From Curvularia clavata (Eukaryota), in the NCBI GenBank assembly GCA_023920165.1, contig CP089281.1:1054001-1118000 (forward strand): a stretch of 64,000 nucleotides of DNA, written 5' to 3'. Positions 13,905-24,843 of the stretch are shown piece after piece. The notes under the pieces are model-generated. The model had not been told where the DNA came from, did no database searches, and saw nothing but the letters and a program-made list of their open reading frames with translations. Position 1 is the first letter of the stretch. Each line of letters begins with the position of its first letter. The position numbers and the translations under genes were made by a program.

Positions 13905-14593
13905 ATGTTCGCCGCTCGATCTGTCGCCCGCGCCGCCCCGCGCCAGGCCCTTGCCCGCGCTCCTGCCCGCGCCGGCCGCCGCAACTACAGCTCCGAGAGC
14001 CCCAAGCAATTTGCCGGTGCCGAGGACAACGAGTTCAACCGTGAGCGTGCTCACATTGCGCAGCACGCCGGCGAGTCTGGCGAGTTCTGGCGCAAGCTGT
14101 CGCTCTAGTAAGTTGCCTGGCTACTTTTCGGACAAGGATGAGGGGAAGCGGGATGAGGGAAGGGGAAGAGGAGGGACAAGGTCATTACGACTCCTGTGGG
14201 CAAGGGAAATTGGATTGCACCAGGAATTGGGATGGCGCTGGGGTCAATTGCAGTAGCATGGATGAGCCCGGAAAGCTCTGAAGCGGTGTCGTTTCCCAAC
14301 AACAGTTACTGACTCTGTCTACAGCGTTGCTGTCCCCTGCATCATCGTTGCTAGCGTCAACGCCAAGGTGAGGTGGGATGCCCATTGGGAGCACGTCGCC
14401 CACGAGGAGCACGAGAACCCCCGCTCCGAGAGGCCTGAGTACCCCTACCAGAACATCCGCACCAAGAACTTCTTCTGGGGAGACGGTGACAAGGTATGCT
14501 CCGCATCTGCACATACACCTCAGCCTTTGTCTGACCATATAACAGACCCTCTTCTGGAACGACAAGGTCAACTACCACAAGAAGGACGAGTAA
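13905..14593 (+). CDS. COX13: Cytochrome c oxidase subunit VIa; introns 14108-14324 and 14494-14545
   Basis: Arg/Ala-rich presequence, FWRKLSL|YVA, EYPYQNIRTKNFFWGDGDK|TLFWNDKVN. Confidence 0.95.
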
Positions 14594-14796
14594 ACAGTTG
14601 CACGTCATGCTTCACAACATTGATATCATTACCATTCTCAAGCCAAAACCATCCATCTAGAGCAATTGCCCGGCTGAATGTGTACATAGTACGACGAGAG
14701 CACAGGCTGAGAGTAGACCAGCAATAAATTTTCCTTTGTGTCTGCAACTTGACTTGTGACACATCTAATACTCGTATGATATTTTTGAGTGTTCTC

Positions 14797-17350
14797 CTAA
14801 TCTTCCAGTGCTGCAAGGCCCTCCTCCCAAACACTGTTATGCATCATCGCCAATTCCTCTGCTACCTTCTCATCTCCCCTCAATTTCGCAATAATCGCTT
14901 TCTTCATCAACTGCTCGCACTCTCCGTCCAAGTACCCCGCTTTCTTGAAGCAGTCCCGTGCCCGCTCAATGTACAGCTCCGCTTTGGCAATTTTGGCAGC
15001 AGAAGAGCGATTAAATGACGGGGACGAGGTCTTGGGAGTTGTAGGTGTTTGAGGCCGGTTTGCGGACACATTGGTGGTAGAAGACAGAGAAGCATTGGGA
15101 TTAGCAAGGCCCATGTATGCATCGGATAGGTGAGAGTACAAAGTCCCGATCAGCATATTGTCTCCACCTTCCAGAGCCTATTATACCACACATCAGCATT
15201 ACCAGTCCGTTTTTTTTGTTCACCACGGCAAAGGAATCATAACACGTACCTGAGGAAGCACACCTTCTATCAATCTTTTTGCCTGCCAACACTCGCCGAG
15301 CGAGTTCAAGATTGCACCTAGACATCCGACTGAGTACCAGAGTCGGAAGCCGAGCCGTGCTCGGAAGCTTACGCTGGCTGCTCTGAGTGCAACACTGAAG
15401 CCTCGCTCTGGTTTGCCTACTTTGATCCATAGATCAGCCTGCATGAGCAGTACAGTAATGCGCTGTTGTATGTCGGCATTGTCTTCTTTGAGAGACTGCG
15501 CAAGAGACGAAATGCATTGGTAGGCAAGGGGGAACTGAGCTGTGGACACAAGATAGTCAATGTAGGTATCATGTTGGACGAAAGATAGTTCAGCGTCAAG
15601 AGGTGGCGTAGAGGGAGAGTTGGTCGGTTTGAGCGTTTCAAGGAGCTGTGTAGCTGTTGGCCAGTCCGACCTGTGAGTCATATATCAGTATTGATAACGT
15701 GAATAGTTGTCTGGGAAGAGTACCTTCGGATAGCTTTTCTTAGCTTGATGAGCCCAATACATAGAACGAGAAACTGATTAAACTTGAGTGATTTATGTAC
15801 TGATGAATCAACAGCCTCAAGCATCGAGATGGCTTCGTCGTAACGGCCGCTTTGGCTGATGACGAATGCCTTGCGTCCGATGGCACGGAGACGTTCCTCA
15901 ATAGGACATGAGTGGACGTAGCAGTCGAGCAGAAGCTCACAATGTACATTGGAAAGGTGTGGCAGGCCGAGTCGGTGATAAAGTGCTGCTGTGAGAAGCA
16001 TTTGGCTGCCGTAGCTGTTGACATTCTCTCTGATATTGAGATGTGTGGATTGGTAAATGTGCTCAAGTGCTCGTGGGATGGAGTCGCCCTTATAAGAGGT
16101 TAGCACTTGCGTTCAAGATGTCACGACCGTAGACGTACTGTTGCAAGAGATAGCTTAGCCTCGCTAAGCAGACTTGCGCTGAGCAGATTATACATTTTGG
16201 CTTCCTTTGCCTTTGCCTTCAGGAATGCTAATGCGTCTCGCTCGCTGCCGAGCATGCTCATGTAGCCAGCACCTCTCATCTGCTTTGGATACGCTTTCGC
16301 CATGTGGTTCAACCAGCTAAGGCTAAAGCTCAAGCAGGTCATATCTTGGTTTTCGCGAGCTGTCGCAATCGTCTCGTTGATAGCAGCAATGGCCTCCCCG
16401 AAACAACCAAAATCTGCCTGTAGAATGGCCATGTGCAGGAGGGCGTATTGGTAGTGTATCTTCTCGCGCGTTTGAATAGCATAGTCGTAGTAACGATGCA
16501 GGTTGTCAAAAGCAGATGTGTAATCACCCGCCTTCCAGGCATCGAAAAAGTGCACCAGATGCGCTTGGCGGTGTACTTGACCTGATGAGCTCACCATGCT
16601 CCGCAGCTGACTCTTCATCTCATCTGGAACGCGGTCTCCAAGCTTTTGTAATCGATCAATTTGGAAGTCCAGTATTCGGTCCAGATCGTCCAGGCTTGTA
16701 TCCAAGCCCTGCTCTTCCTGCCCCTCAAGATGTCCGTATGCGATTTCATACACATCATCACCGGCTCTTAATCCCATCTCAGAAACAACCACATCGACAC
16801 CGCTTGAAGCTAGACCGGCGAGTCGCTTGGTCCATTGTGCCGTTGGAGCTCTGTACTTGATAAATGATGACCAGAGCTTCATTGAGTCGTCGAATTGGAG
16901 CCTGGTAAACTCCAAGTGTGCTCTGCGAACGAATGCACCCAGTGGTGATGTTCTAGACAGGTAGATACGATCTGGTACATCCTCCTCTTGACTCGATGGT
17001 GGCGGCGCAGTGACGATCTCCAGAATACTATCAAAGAGAGCATGCAGCGCATCGAAAGAATTTATCTCCCACATTTGCTTGAGAAATAGATCCAGGAGTG
17101 TCCGACCCGGCATATTCGATGCATGTTCCTGCAATACATCTTCGAATGCATCGATTGAAAACGATGCGTCTTGCTGGTTGGAGGTAGAGGGTTGTGACCG
17201 TGCGCTAGATCGAGTTGAAGGCAGGCTGTCTGACAAGATGAAGGAGAGAATGGGAATTGTCGCAGAAGAAGGCAGAGGCGAGGTGCAGTAGAGACGAGTC
17301 AAAACAAGAAGACTGATCTTCTGGGCTGTGAGGTAGCGAGGTGTAGTCAT
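14797..17350 (-). CDS. APC5: Anaphase-promoting complex subunit 5 (multi-exon)
   Basis: N-terminal RYLTAQKISLLVL, SPLGAFVRRAHLEF, AFDNLHRYYDY, YQYALLHMAILQADFG..EAI..ARE..D..CL (ANAPC5 motif). Consecutive ORFs 16121, 15678, 15220 and 14797 are separated by short introns. Confidence 0.9.
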
Positions 17351-17745
17351 CCTTGTCGCTTTTAGGCTTGTTGTAGGTAGCTGCAACAAAAACAATCCGC
17401 GGGTGGTGCGTTCCTCGGACTACTGCGCCCAGAATTCTTACGGAGATTTGTGGCTACGCGACAACCGCATTTCACGCTGGCGAAGTGAATAATGGCCTAT
17501 CTGTTGACTGTGAGAATCTCAAGTTGAGGTCATTTGGTGCAGGTGGTGTTGAGGACCAGCAACCGAGGCGCGCAGCGCGTGCCTGTCGCGAAGTCATAGG
17601 TTTGGCATTAGCAGCACCACACAACCCATAGCAACGTAGGACAAAGAACAAATGCAGTAGGAAAACCTGGAAGAGTAGGTGGCTGGCGATTTGAACAGTT
17701 GATAACAAGTAAGATTCAGTTTAACAAAGTTTGTATTATACACAT

Positions 17746-18598
17746 CTATGTAATTGGTTGACGAACACCTTCACCAAGTCCAGAGTCCTTCCTGCTGGCA
17801 CTCTTTAGATCACCCTCGCTCGACTGCAGCCTCGGGACCGGAGCGCTTTTCAAGAACTCGTCCTCACTTGTCGCATTGGTCGCCCAAATTTTGCTAATGC
17901 TGAGGTCGTATGGCCCCGGTATCCGATCTATCAGAGATATGCCCACTGTCCGGACCTTCTGCGTCAGCATCTCTCTCTGAGGCTCTACGACCTGCCCGTG
18001 GTTTGTGCGCACAAACTCGCTCCACTTGATCAAGATCGTCTCCCATTCGCCAGGTGTTTTGGAGTGGAGCAAGTGCTGGTGGATGTCGGTGGGAACAATC
18101 GACTCTGTCTGGACATTTACGAAGTACTTGCGCCCATCTGATTTGAACTGGATGGCGAGGAAGCCATACATGCTCACATCCCACAGCGACTTGCCGAAGA
18201 TGGTTGCACCCCGGTCAAGTGTCCTCCACCCAGCATATCCGGTCCTTTGAATGTGCGGTTGATTGGGTGGCAACTGTGTGGATATAGTGCCGTGAAAGCG
18301 GACGTGTGGTGGTTCGTGCTGGGAAGGAGGATGGTAGTCCAAACTTGCGGTAGAGTAGCCGCCAATGTCTTTATCACTCATGCGCTTGCATCGTTCGAGG
18401 TCTTCGGGTTGATTGAAGAGAATCAAAGGAAACGGCTTCTGAGGCGACTTGAGGCCCTCAAGCTTGAGCGCTGCAAAGGTTAGTGGCAGCACACACAGCG
18501 TGCAGCTTCTGACACTCACCATAGTTGGAGAGCCGCTTGAACTCGTCCAGACTGCGCTTGAAGAAACCAGGTGCAAAACAAGCTGGAGTCGGCCGCAT
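17746..18598 (-). CDS. CIA30: Complex I intermediate-associated protein 30 (NDUFAF1 family); intron 18471-18519
   Basis: Exon 1 reads MRPTPACFAPGFFKRSLDEFKRLSNY. Motifs SDKDIGGYS, RTGYAGWRT, SDGRKYFVNVQT, FVRTNHG. Confidence 0.92.
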
Positions 18599-18919
18599 AT
18601 TTGCGTGGGAGCAGTGCAATGTCTCGGAGGCGCAACGGCTGCTCTCAACTTTGGTTCACGCTCACACGACGCAATGCACCTATGACGCCGCGGTGGTGTC
18701 GCCGGCCGCTAGCCGCATTGGGCTTACATTTCAAAAATCTGGGGACATTCCATGTACCAGCGCATCCGCCACACTCATCGCTGGACAACTTTCGCACGCC
18801 AGGTACTTAGTCAAGACACCACCAATCCATCGAGGCTTGACCAGTCTACCACTCCTGCGCGCCTCCCGCGATACCGGTAACCACATTGCCCCGGCCCGCA
18901 ACCAACTTTTCGTCTCCCA

Positions 18920-20110
18920 ATGGCGCTGCAAGAAACCGTCAGATCTCGAGGTATTCGAGACAGCACCACCGAGCCACTGCCGCCCACGTCGCGCGAGTTG
19001 GGAGAAGTCATTCCGCCCAAACGACCAGATGGCACATTGGTATTAAAAGAAGATCCCAAGTCTGGAAAGTCATGGGCGCATTTTGTCGCCGGAGGGTATG
19101 AGGCAAAGTCTTTCTACAGCAGCAGCAGAAGCTAACATCTGCACAGTCTTGGTGGCATGGCCTCTGCGACACTGACTGCTCCACTTGACGTACTCAAGAC
19201 TCGCCTTCAATCGACGTTTTACCAACAGCACCTTGCTGCCATGCGCGCCGCTCGAGGATTGCCGCCTATAGAATCCATGTCCTTTGCCCGAAGCTCACTA
19301 CTACACATTCGAGAGACAGGAGAGATCCTGTGGCAAGTCCCCAAGGCAGAGGGATGGCGGGCGCTGTTCAAAGGGTTGGGGCCAAATCTTATCGGCGTGG
19401 TCCCCGCTCGTGCCATCAACTTTTTTGCCTACGGAAACGGCAAACGTTTGATTAGCACACACTTCAATAACGGGCAAGAGGCTGCATGGGTACATCTTTG
19501 CAGTGCCGCTACTGCTGGTATTGTGACTGGAACTGCAACGAACCCCATCTGGCTGGTCAAGACGCGGTTGCAATTGGACAAGAACACACATGCAGACGGT
19601 CGAGGTCGACAGTACAAGAACGCTTTTGATTGTACGATGCAAACCATACGGAAAGAAGGCGTGCGTGGGCTGTACCGCGGATTGACGGCCAGTTATCTGG
19701 GAGTGACGGAGAGCACACTTCAGTGGGTGCTGTACGAGCAGATGAAGCTGTCATTGGCACGGAGAGAAGAGCGTGTTCTCGCCAGCGGCAGACCACCGAC
19801 AGTGTGGGACCAGACTGTTGCTTGGACCGGAAAGCTGACCGCCGCTGGCTCAGCCAAGTTCGTGGCTGCGCTCATCACATATCCTCATGAAGTCATTCGC
19901 ACGAGGTTACGACAAGCACCTATGGCGGACGGTCGCCAAAAGTACACTGGCCTTATCCAATGCTTCCGATTGGTCTGGAAAGAAGAAGGTATGGCGGCGC
20001 TTTACGGCGGTCTTGTTCCTCACATGTTCCGTGTGGTGCCCAGCGCCGCAATTATGTTTGGAACGTACGAGGGTGTTCTGAAGCTTCTTGGAGAGAGCAG
20101 CAACATGTGA
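18920..20110 (+). CDS. RIM2: Mitochondrial carrier, pyrimidine nucleotide transporter RIM2-like; intron 19096-19146
   Basis: SWAHFVAGG|LGG, three Px[DE/W]xx[KR]xR carrier repeats (PLDVLKTRLQ, PIWLVKTRLQ, PHEVIRTRLR), GLGPNLIGVVPARAINF. Confidence 0.9.
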
Positions 20111-20608
20111 AGACTCCACGTTTGTGATTTCTGTGTGGACGTGTACAACACTTACTTGCATGAAACGGCGTTTTGCAAAAGGGGATATCTGATCAGCATT
20201 TTTGGGCGTCCTCATATCACCACTCAGCTCCAGTCGAGCTTGTACTTGTATAATGCGGATTAGGAGATGTAAATGACATTATGACATGTGCAAAAATGGG
20301 TTTCAGCGGCGTCCTTCCAGCTTATAGCACGAGGGTTGGACTCTACTATTGATGAATTCATGTTATGAGAAGATTTGCAAAGGAATCAGAAACTTGGGTT
20401 CCTGATCGCATGTAAAAGCGTAGCCTTGGTGTTCCCAAGTCTGTCGAGTCTCAATGACAGCCTTAATACATTTCTCGGAGGTCCGACAAACTTAGCGTGA
20501 CTTTCCCGCCCAGAACATCGACTTTTGACATCGCCGCCCTCACTACGAGAACGATCCCCCCACACGCACGCAACACACGCGCGGGGTGCCACACCGAAGC
20601 CGCCCAGC

Positions 20609-21951
20609 ATGTCGACACAAATACCTTTTCGCACAGCTCGAATACCAGCGCTGCAGCGGCAATGCCTCTTCCTACGCCAGCAGTACCAAAACCGAGCACA
20701 CAACCTTTCGCTATGCCAAACCGTCATACCGGCGACACGCGCATTCTCCAGCACCCCGTCGCGCCCCTCAAAACGCAAAACACTTGGTCAGGATAAAGCT
20801 CAAACGAGGGCGGCGGCAGAGGCACAGGTTGCGCCATCGCCAAAGGTCAACTTTGAACGGGCGCAGTCGAGTGTGGATGCTATGGCCGAGGATATTGGAT
20901 TGCTGCAGAATACCATCATCAGAGCGCCATTTAGTGAGCTAAAAGGCATCGGAATTCGGGGGTTAACAAATTATTACTGGGATCTGGTGAAGAGCAAGGG
21001 AACAGCACTGTATTCGTAAGTGATTTCTACAATTGAGGAAGACGGTGATAAAATATTGGTCGACGAGAGGGGAAGGAATGAAAAATAGATTTTGAAGGAA
21101 ATCCTTGGAGAGAAGACATGGGAGGATTTGAGGAAGACCAATTGGCCTAACAACGAGCTTATTGCGTACACTGCTAACGACAACATCAAAATGCAGACGA
21201 TACTACTACCGCGCATGTATCCAAAAAACCGGCTGGACCAAATTCTTTCCCGTCGACCTGTTCAACAACCGACAATACATAAACCTAGCGCAGAAGAACT
21301 ACGAGCAAATCTTCCTCAACTTTGCAAAGTACATAAACCCCCGCTCGTCTCCTATCTTTTGTAACCAAAACATCCCACTAACCCATCAACAGAGGCAACA
21401 TGGCACCCATAAAGCAGATCTGCCTTCCCCCTTTGACTAAGAAACTCGAATCCCGCATCGCCGCCCGGGGTCCTGTCCAACTCCAATGGCGTCTACACGG
21501 CCCTTTCAAATCCAGCCGCGTTGTCTCGCACCGCGCCGCACCAATAGGTGAAACCATGCCCGACACAGCCTACCGACAAGTCGTCGTGCGTCTCGTATCC
21601 GAGCAATCTCTCCGCACGATTCCGCTTTCATCAACTTCCACTGCCCCTCGCCGCACTGTCCATCGCTTACCCTGGGTCCCGGACGCCGCGCGCCAACAGG
21701 CTGAGAAGCAGCGCCAGCGGGAGAAGAAGATAGAAGATGAGGCGGGTATTGAGGCTGTTGAGGTGGCGGAGGAGGAGAATGTAGTGCCCAAGACGGTGGT
21801 GGATTACCTTGTTCTGCAGAAGCGAGTGATTCGCGGTAAGGAGGAGGAGTGGAAGGTGTGGGGGTTCGCGGAGGAGAGTACCCCGAAGATTATTGAGCGC
21901 GATCAGGAGTACTGGCGAAAGATGCTGGATGTTCAGGCGGGTAGTGCGTAA
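20609..21951 (+). CDS. Mitochondrial Tim44-like domain protein (Mba1/mL45-like); introns 21016-21196 and 21329-21392
   Basis: Presequence ending RAFSSTP. YEQIFLNFA|KG, RVVSHRAA, YRQVVVRLVSEQSL, DYLVLQKR..EEWKVWG, typical of the Tim44-like fold. Confidence 0.7.
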
Positions 21952-22467
21952 AAGGTTGGTTTTGGGCCTTCCTTTCCAGCTAAGCTCGCGTGTACAAGTG
22001 TGTTGTGTATGACTATGCCAAGCCCCCTGTAACCATTATCTGTGTATATATGATTGAGGCGCGAAGTATGAGCCATACGCTTGCCTCGCATGTGAGACCG
22101 TCTCGCAACAAAGTCCGCAGCTCACAATTTTTCTACATCCGAGTTCAAAGAAAAAACATCACTCTTAGATCAGACACAACACGAGAGGACAAAGAATCAG
22201 TAGTCGAACGGGGAAGAGAAAACATTTCATTTGAGCTCTGCTCGCTTGTAGCAATCAATGAAATGAAATCAAAAAAGCCCATATCATTCAGCGCATAGTA
22301 GCATTCTGCTAGTGCGCGAAGCCCTTCTGTCGGATCTTGAACTCCTGCCCCTTCACTCCGTTGAACGGGAGCTTCTAGGAAGCCGCACCGCGTATGGCCC
22401 TGCCGCAGCCAGATCGAGGGCCGAGTCTTCGAGGGTGCGCGCAAGGTGGGCCGTCACAGCAGGGAGA

Positions 22468-23053
22468 CTAGAAACCGTGGACCTGATCACCATGTCAGTT
22501 TCCGCTGGACAAAAAATTTCGACATGAGCCTCGCATCATGACTCACCTTGATAGTCTTAGCATCAAGGCCCAGGCCTTCCTTCTTGTCGGTCAAGAAGTC
22601 CTGGACATCCTTTCGCTGGTCGCCCTGCAGCTGGACGACCTCGCCCATCTCTGCGTCAGTCACAATGGTTCCATTGCAGGCAAACTTCTTTTTGATCACT
22701 TTGAGGATCTTCTTCTGGTCGAATTTCTTGGGCAGGCCTTGCACCGTCGTCAAGGTTTTGCGGCCATTGCGCTCTGCCGCATGTCAGCTGAATAAAAGGG
22801 GGAGAAAAAGGAAAAAAAGGGACAGATGGCTGTTTGAGGGAGATTGCATCACTGTGCAGTAGCGGTGAGGAGAGAGAGGCACATACGTTGGATACGAATA
22901 TGAATGTAGTCCTGCTGAGTCTGCTTGACCTGGCCGGTATCTTCATCCGCTTCCGCGAACGGGTCTGCGCCGTATAGTCAGCTCCTGCGTCTCGCGACAT
23001 ACAGCGGCGGGCAGCGACGTCTTACCGAAGGTCTTGAGGTTCTCGATGGACAT
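22468..23053 (-). CDS. SUI1: Translation initiation factor eIF1; exons 23053-23026, 22964-22887, 22773-22547, 22482-22468
   Basis: Spliced product MSIENLKTFDPFAEADED..YIHIRIQQRNGRKTLTTVQG..KKKFACNGT..QLQGDQR..IKVHGF*. Confidence 0.97.
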
Positions 23054-24843
23054 ACGACTGTCGGTGGGCGCGCGCGTGTAGGTGGGGGTGTTTGTGTGGG
23101 GTTATGGATGCGTGGTAGCCGTGTTGGATACTGTACTTGGGTGTGCTGAGAATGGAGTTGGGCGGGAGTCTGTGGTGTTGCAGAGGAGTGTTTGCTGCAG
23201 CGAAAGGGTCGAGTGAGCAGGCTGGGCGAGAGAGGTGGGGATGCGGGAAGGGGAAACCGAGCCCCGCTATGGTCTGTGCGCGGTGAAGGCACCGCAGGCT
23301 GCTATGGCTGCAAACGAATGCACGCGCGCAGACGAGGGTGTGTAGGTGATACGGAACGACACGGCAACACATGAACCGAAGATGGTGTGGTTTGGAGCTA
23401 GTCGACATGTTTGGTCGGCTGCTCATCGCCAAGATTGGATTAAACAGTTTACATGGTACAGCTGTGCTACCTTGGCACCGGCTACGGACAATCTACCCTC
23501 GTACACATGGTGCGATCTACGAAGGGGGCGCGGCAGCAAAGGCCTCGGTGCCGGATCCCTGGCCGGCTCGAACAGGCGGCGGTGGAAGCAACAAGGACGA
23601 GTAAGTCTGTGGCACAGCATCAGTATCAAAGACAAAGGGGCCAGGCCAGCAAGCCGTCTTACCACGACAAGCGACATGACTGGAAACGAGTTAGCATTGG
23701 GGGCCGATCTCTAACATGGGGAGTGGGAGCCTGCATACTGGACATGCCAACCTGAAAGTAAGCAGGCGTAGTCGACGTCTTCTTTTGTTCGGCCGTCTCA
23801 GCCAGCCAAGCCTGGACGGCGAAGACTACAGAAACCCTGCGGCTGCGTCAGTACTGCAACGTCGCACAAAGGCGCAGGCGACTCACCAGCCGATCATCCT
23901 ATGCAGTGCCGTTCCGTGTCAGTCAAGGCCCATTGGAGACGGGTGCAGAAGACAAAGTCATCAATCATCGGGGCGTTGCATACTTGTTGCGGGTGAAGAT
24001 CTGGGGGGGAGACTATATCAGCCATGCAGCACGGTGGCGGCTAGGGCAAGGTCACTTACAGCAGCCATGGGCAGCGTGCTCGAGAGGGTGCCTGGAGGTG
24101 GCCATCAGTACGAGGCGTGCAGCCAGGGTGCCAAGAGAGTGCTCACTCGACATGTCGCCCTCATCTTTGCTCTTCTCTGGCTCGGCGTAGGGCACGACTG
24201 TAGACAGACATCAGCCACGTGACCCGGGTTCAATGTTGAGCCCCTATGACGGGGGCGGCCGGTGCGAGCAGCGAGGGCTGGCCGGCGGGTTAGTCACGTA
24301 CTGAGGTCGGCGCGGCGCATATCTTTTTTCGAGGCCATTGTGTCGTTTGAGGGGGGCCCGGCGGTGTGGGCGGTTGGCCGATTTATCTACCGTGGTGGAG
24401 ACTGGGTCGACGCAGTGCAGTGGACGATGCAAGACGCAAGACGCGAGTGGTGTCGTGGGCTGGATGCGCGCCAGGCCCGGCGTGGCAGCGAGCGGCGGCC
24501 GGGATTGCCTGATAGCATTTGGGCCGGCGTGGACCGTGAACCCCCATGCATGCTTGCTTCGCTCCATCCTACCACCGGATCATCGTCTCCGCTGCTGGCG
24601 ACGTGCTACTACGTCCTCTAGCCTCCAGACCTCACCTCCAGCCCTCCGCTCCTCGCCATCTCTCCTCCCGCTCCGCCATCCCTCCTGTCCGGTGTGCCAT
24701 CGTGTGCCGCGAGCACATGTCCTCGCCGCCCGGCTGCCCCCGTCTGTCTCGCTCTCCCAGCCCTCTCGGCCCTCTTCGCCCCGGCACGCTCCCTGTCCCC
24801 ATCTGAATGCGCCTGATTCAACAATGAAGTCGCCCCCTGTGCG

